Positions 58,425 through 64,000 of a DNA stretch of 64,000 nt are shown one piece after another. The DNA is taken from the NCBI RefSeq assembly GCF_009914755.1, contig NC_060946.1. One strand, written 5' to 3'. The notes under the pieces were generated by a model. That model worked only from the letters and a program-made list of their open reading frames with translations, was not told where the DNA came from and made no database searches. The stretch is from the human T2T-CHM13v2.0 reference genome, Homo sapiens. The first letter of the stretch is position 1. The number at the start of each line of letters is the position of its first letter. The position numbers and the translations under genes were made by a program.

Positions 58425-58835
58425 AAAGCGCTTCGGCGGCGGCGGCAGCCCCGGCGGCGGCCGCAGGGGACAAAGGGCGGGCGGATCGGCGGGGAGGGGG
58501 CGGGGCGCGACCAGGCCAGGCCCGGGGGCTCCGCATGCTGCAGCTGCCCCCGGGCGCCCCCGCCGCCGCCCTCGCCGCGGAGCCGGCGAGCTAACCTGAG
58601 CCAGCCGGCGGGCGTCACGGAGGCGGCGGCACAAGGAGGGGCCCCACGCGCGCACGTGGCCCCGGAGGCCGCCATGGCGGACAGCGGCACCGCGGGGGGC
58701 GCGGCGTTGGCGGCCCCGGCCCCGGCCCCCAGGCCAGGCAGTGGCGGCCCAGGACCACGCATCTACTTTCAGAGCCCCCCCCGGGGCCGCAGGAGAGGGC
58801 CCGGGCTGCGCGGATGATGAGGGCCCAGTGAGGCG
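58425..58835. promoter_or_regulatory. Intragenic CpG island imported with the retrocopy
   Basis: Abrupt switch to very GC- and CpG-dense sequence (CGG repeats, GGGCGG boxes) inside AT-rich flanks. Confidence 0.85.
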
Positions 58836-59124
58836 CCAAGGGAAGGTCACCATCAAGTATGACCCCAAGGAGCTACGGAAGCACCTCAACCTAGAGGAGT
58901 GGATCCTGGAGCAGCTCACGCGCCTCTACGACTGCCAGGAAGAGGAGATCTCAGAACTAGAGATTGACGTGGATGAGCTCCTGGACATGGAGAGTGACGA
59001 TGCCTGGGCTTCCAGGGTCAAGGAGCTGCTGGTTGACTGTTACAAACCCACAGAGGCCTTCATCTCTGGCCTGCTGGACAAGATCCGGGCCATGCAGAAG
59101 CTGAGCACACCCCAGAAGAAGTGA
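58773..59124 (+). CDS. LIMK2: Alternative last coding exon of LIMK2-1: PP1-inhibitor domain taken from the PPP1R14B retrocopy
   Basis: tctactttcag acceptor, phase-compatible with exon 15; APPGAAGEGPGCADDEGPVRRQGKVTIKYDPKELRKHLNLEEW...STPQKK*; exon 1b + exons 3-15 + this exon = 2061 nt = 686 aa + stop, the recalled LIMK2-1 length. Confidence 0.93.
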
Positions 59125-59364
59125 GGGTCCCCGACCCAGGCGAACGGTGGCTCCCATAGGACAATCGCTACCCCCCGACCTCGTAGCAACAGCAATACCG
59201 GGGGACCCTGCGGCCAGGCCTGGTTCCATGAGCAGGGCTCCTCGTGCCCCTGGCCCAGGGGTCTCTTCCCCTGCCCCCTCAGTTTTCCACTTTTGGATTT
59301 TTTTATTGTTATTAAACTGATGGGACTTTGTGTTTTTATATTGACTCTGCGGCACGGGCCCTTT

Positions 59365-59370
59365 AATAAA
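59365..59370 (+). terminator. Poly(A) signal of the retrocopy / LIMK2-1 last exon
   Basis: AATAAA 30 nt before the genomic A16 tail. Confidence 0.8.
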
Positions 59371-60259
59371 GCGAGGTAGGGTACGCCTTTGGTGCAGCTC
59401 AAAAAAAAAAAAAAAATGATTTCCAGCGGTCCACATTAGAGTTGAAATTTTCTGGTGGGAGAATCTATACCTTGTTCCTTTATAGGCCAAGGACCGCAGT
59501 CCTTCAGTAACACCAGTGTAAAAGCTTGAGGAGAAATTGTGAAGCTACACAGTATTTGTTTTCTAATACCTCTTGTCATTCTAAATATCTTTAATTTATT
59601 AAAAAATATATATATACAGTATTGAATGCCTACTGTGTGCTAGGTACAGTTCTAAACACTTGGGTTACAGCAGCGAACAAAATAAAGGTGCTTACCCTCA
59701 TAGAACATAGATTCTAGCATGGTATCTACTGTATCATACAGTAGATACAATAAGTAAACTATATTGAATATTAGAATGTGGCAGATGCTATGGAAAAAGA
59801 GTCAAGACAAGTAAAGACGATTGTTCAGGGTACCAGTTGCAATTTTAAATATGGTCGTCAGAGCAGGCCTCACTGAGGTGACATGACATTTAAGCATAAA
59901 CATGGAGGAGGAGGAGTAAGCCTGAGCTGTCTTAGGCTTCCGGGGCAGCCAAGCCATTTCCGTGGCACTAGGAGCCTGGTGTTTCCGATTCCACCTTTGA
60001 TAACTGCATTTTCTCTAAGATATGGGAGGGAAGTTTTTCTCCTATTGTTTTTAAGTATTAACTCCAGCTAGTCCAGCCTTGTTATAGTGTTACCTAATCT
60101 TTATAGCAAATATATGAGGTACCGGTAACATTATGCCCATTTCTCACAGAGGCACTACTAGGTGAAGGAGTTTGCCTGACGTTATACAACCAGGAAGTAG
60201 CTGAGCCTAGATCCCTTCCACCCACCCCATGGCCCTGCTCATGTTCCACCTGCCTCTAA

Positions 60260-60424
<165 letters not shown>

Positions 60425-61687
60425 CCCTGGCCCAGCCCCCTGCAGGGGGGTGTTCTACAGCCAGCATTGCCCCTCTGTGCCCCATTCCTGCTGTGAGCAG
60501 GGCCGTCCGGGCTTCCTGTGGATTGGCGGAATGTTTAGAAGCAGAACAAGCCATTCCTATTACCTCCCCAGGAGGCAAGTGGGCGCAGCACCAGGGAAAT
60601 GTATCTCCACAGGTTCTGGGGCCTAGTTACTGTCTGTAAATCCAATACTTGCCTGAAAGCTGTGAAGAAGAAAAAAACCCCTGGCCTTTGGGCCAGGAGG
60701 AATCTGTTACTCGAATCCACCCAGGAACTCCCTGGCAGTGGATTGTGGGAGGCTCTTGCTTACACTAATCAGCGTGACCTGGACCTGCTGGGCAGGATCC
60801 CAGGGTGAACCTGCCTGTGAACTCTGAAGTCACTAGTCCAGCTGGGTGCAGGAGGACTTCAAGTGTGTGGACGAAAGAAAGACTGATGGCTCAAAGGGTG
60901 TGAAAAAGTCAGTGATGCTCCCCCTTTCTACTCCAGATCCTGTCCTTCCTGGAGCAAGGTTGAGGGAGTAGGTTTTGAAGAGTCCCTTAATATGTGGTGG
61001 AACAGGCCAGGAGTTAGAGAAAGGGCTGGCTTCTGTTTACCTGCTCACTGGCTCTAGCCAGCCCAGGGACCACATCAATGTGAGAGGAAGCCTCCACCTC
61101 ATGTTTTCAAACTTAATACTGGAGACTGGCTGAGAACTTACGGACAACATCCTTTCTGTCTGAAACAAACAGTCACAAGCACAGGAAGAGGCTGGGGGAC
61201 TAGAAAGAGGCCCTGCCCTCTAGAAAGCTCAGATCTTGGCTTCTGTTACTCATACTCGGGTGGGCTCCTTAGTCAGATGCCTAAAACATTTTGCCTAAAG
61301 CTCGATGGGTTCTGGAGGACAGTGTGGCTTGTCACAGGCCTAGAGTCTGAGGGAGGGGAGTGGGAGTCTCAGCAATCTCTTGGTCTTGGCTTCATGGCAA
61401 CCACTGCTCACCCTTCAACATGCCTGGTTTAGGCAGCAGCTTGGGCTGGGAAGAGGTGGTGGCAGAGTCTCAAAGCTGAGATGCTGAGAGAGATAGCTCC
61501 CTGAGCTGGGCCATCTGACTTCTACCTCCCATGTTTGCTCTCCCAACTCATTAGCTCCTGGGCAGCATCCTCCTGAGCCACATGTGCAGGTACTGGAAAA
61601 CCTCCATCTTGGCTCCCAGAGCTCTAGGAACTCTTCATCACAACTAGATTTGCCTCTTCTAAGTGTCTATGAGCTTGCACCATATTT

Positions 61688-61693
61688 AATAAA
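61688..61693 (+). terminator. Proximal poly(A) signal candidate
   Basis: AATAAA followed by GU-rich downstream sequence (gtgtggtggttgtattgg, about 61724). Confidence 0.55.
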
Positions 61694-62033
61694 TTGGGAA
61701 TGGGTTTGGGGTATTAATGCAATGTGTGGTGGTTGTATTGGAGCAGGGGGAATTGATAAAGGAGAGTGGTTGCTGTTAATATTATCTTATCTATTGGGTG
61801 GTATGTGAAATATTGTACATAGACCTGATGAGTTGTGGGACCAGATGTCATCTCTGGTCAGAGTTTACTTGCTATATAGACTGTACTTATGTGTGAAGTT
61901 TGCAAGCTTGCTTTAGGGCTGAGCCCTGGACTCCCAGCAGCAGCACAGTTCAGCATTGTGTGGCTGGTTGTTTCCTGGCTGTCCCCAGCAAGTGTAGGAG
62001 TGGTGGGCCTGAACTGGGCCATTGATCAGACTA

Positions 62034-62039
62034 AATAAA
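62034..62039 (+). terminator. Distal poly(A) signal
   Basis: AATAAA at the end of the UTR-like region. Confidence 0.7.
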
Positions 62040-63128
62040 TTAAGCAGTTAACATAACTGGCAATATGGAGAGTGAAAACATGATTGGCTCAGGGACATAA
62101 ATGTAGAGGGTCTGCTAGCCACCTTCTGGCCTAGCCCACACAAACTCCCCATAGCAGAGAGTTTTCATGCACCCAAGTCTAAAACCCTCAAGCAGACACC
62201 CATCTGCTCTAGAGAATATGTACATCCCACCTGAGGCAGCCCCTTCCTTGCAGCAGGTGTGACTGACTATGACCTTTTCCTGGCCTGGCTCTCACATGCC
62301 AGCTGAGTCATTCCTTAGGAGCCCTACCCTTTCATCCTCTCTATATGAATACTTCCATAGCCTGGGTATCCTGGCTTGCTTTCCTCAGTGCTGGGTGCCA
62401 CCTTTGCAATGGGAAGAAATGAATGCAAGTCACCCCACCCCTTGTGTTTCCTTACAAGTGCTTGAGAGGAGAAGACCAGTTTCTTCTTGCTTCTGCATGT
62501 GGGGGATGTCGTAGAAGAGTGACCATTGGGAAGGACAATGCTATCTGGTTAGTGGGGCCTTGGGCACAATATAAATCTGTAAACCCAAAGGTGTTTTCTC
62601 CCAGGCACTCTCAAAGCTTGAAGAATCCAACTTAAGGACAGAATATGGTTCCCGAAAAAAACTGATGATCTGGAGTACGCATTGCTGGCAGAACCACAGA
62701 GCAATGGCTGGGCATGGGCAGAGGTCATCTGGGTGTTCCTGAGGCTGATAACCTGTGGCTGAAATCCCTTGCTAAAAGTCCAGGAGACACTCCTGTTGGT
62801 ATCTTTTCTTCTGGAGTCATAGTAGTCACCTTGCAGGGAACTTCCTCAGCCCAGGGCTGCTGCAGGCAGCCCAGTGACCCTTCCTCCTCTGCAGTTATTC
62901 CCCCTTTGGCTGCTGCAGCACCACCCCCGTCACCCACCACCCAACCCCTGCCGCACTCCAGCCTTTAACAAGGGCTGTCTAGATATTCGTTTTAACTACC
63001 TCCACCTTGGAAACAATTGCTGAAGGGGAGAGGATTTGCAATGACCAACCACCTTGTTGGGACGCCTGCACACCTGTCTTTCCTGCTTCAACCTGAAAGA
63101 TTCCTGATGATGATAATCTGGACACAGA

Positions 63129-63443
<315 letters not shown>

Positions 63444-63571
63444 TCACTTTCCAGTAACAGGGCGAGGATGAATGAAGAAAAGGCCCAGAGCTTGCCACAT
63501 AGGTGTTGACAAGGTAACCCAAAGCTTCTCAACTTACACGGAGGGTTCCTGTTACCCCTCAAAAACTTGGC

Positions 63572-64000
63572 AATGTGGAGTCTTTTTTTTTTTTAATTAA
63601 GTCAAATGCAGAGCAATTTCCCACACTATATGCAGGTGTCAGAATGAGGTATATAAAACATGTATATAGAGAAATGCCTTTATAGAAAAGTAGAAACCAG
63701 TAATATTCTCTTCTCCAGCATCACTAACACCAAGAGACCACCTGAGGTCTAGGTCCCCAAAGCAGATGGCTCCATAGAAAGCCCCACTAACCCCTGTCTC
63801 CACATTGGGCAGTGGAAGGGTTCTGGAAAGGAAGCTCTATGGCTAGGAGCTGCCAAGGCCTCTTGAGTGTGACATCACAGGTTAGAGGCCCTGCTGAGCT
63901 GCTAGCACAGTGCAGTGGAGAAATGTTGCGCTCCGTCAGGAAGCTGGGCTCTTGCCATGCCAGTAGCTTGCTTACGACCTTGGGCAAGTCACTTTTTCCT
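63572..64000 (-). other. PIK3IP1: Probable 3' UTR end of the convergent neighbouring gene
   Basis: Minus-strand ATTAAA (tttaat 63592-63597) in unique sequence; gene identity comes from recalled gene order (about 1.5 kb downstream of LIMK2), and no coding exon lies in the window. Confidence 0.55.

Larger units (their letters stand above)
58417..59411 (+). pseudogene. PPP1R14BP1: Processed retrocopy of PPP1R14B (PHI-1, CPI-17 family PP1 inhibitor), near full-length mRNA
   Basis: Intronless; GC-rich 5' UTR; gccgccATGG at 58674 (MADSGTAGGAALAAPAP...); +1 frameshift in the C8 tract gives TGA at 58815-58817; AATAAA 59365-59370; A16 at 59401-59416; TSD AAAAATG(G/A)TTTCC at 58404-58416 and 59412-59424, preceded by a TTT/AAAA L1 endonuclease site. 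Confidence 0.93.
60425..62060 (+). other. LIMK2: LIMK2 3' UTR (end approximate)
   Basis: Repeat-free sequence after the stop codon with AATAAA at 61688-61693 and 62034-62039. Confidence 0.8.

Noticed and set aside
58741-59124. 127-aa ORF as a standalone gene
   Set aside because: It starts at GTG, not ATG; the real entry to this frame is the splice acceptor at 58772.
58271-59490. Long minus-strand ORFs (163, 173, 177 and 120 aa) over the retrocopy
   Set aside because: Expected from stop-poor GC-rich sequence antisense to a coding region; low-complexity, with no recognisable domain.

Overview
Human genomic DNA, identified from translated exons as most of the LIMK2 gene (LIM domain kinase 2, + strand; chr22q12 from recall). 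The window opens in intron 1 of LIMK2a, whose exon 1 lies upstream. It contains exon 2 (7286-7385), the alternative first exon of LIMK2b (ATG at 30703), shared exons 3-15, and two alternative last exons. One is the canonical exon 16 (60280, stop at 60424, 3' UTR to about 62060). The other is an exonised PPP1R14B (PHI-1) retrocopy (about 58417-59411) that gives the 686-aa kinase/PP1-inhibitor chimera LIMK2-1. Exon lengths sum exactly to 617 aa (2b) and 686 aa (2-1), and to 638 aa (2a) if the recalled 16-nt coding part of exon 1 is added. The last ~430 bp are probably the 3' end of the convergent PIK3IP1 gene. Introns hold about 50 Alus (several nested), MIR/L2/L1 relics, MER1B, MER58 and MER5A DNA transposons, and U6 and Y3 RNA pseudogenes. 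The best second-look items are: (1) one extra C in a C8 tract that both breaks the retrocopy's own ORF and puts it in frame with LIMK2; (2) a candidate 19-nt neural-type microexon or recursive splice site in intron 8; (3) an Alu-borne tandem duplication whose junction creates a perfect splice donor; (4) an overlapping uORF on LIMK2b; (5) predicted stop-free circRNAs of exons 3-5 and 3-7. Almost all ORFs in the supplied track are Alu-derived or chance ORFs. Repeat subfamily calls and boundaries are by eye and approximate, and literature statements are from memory and unverified.
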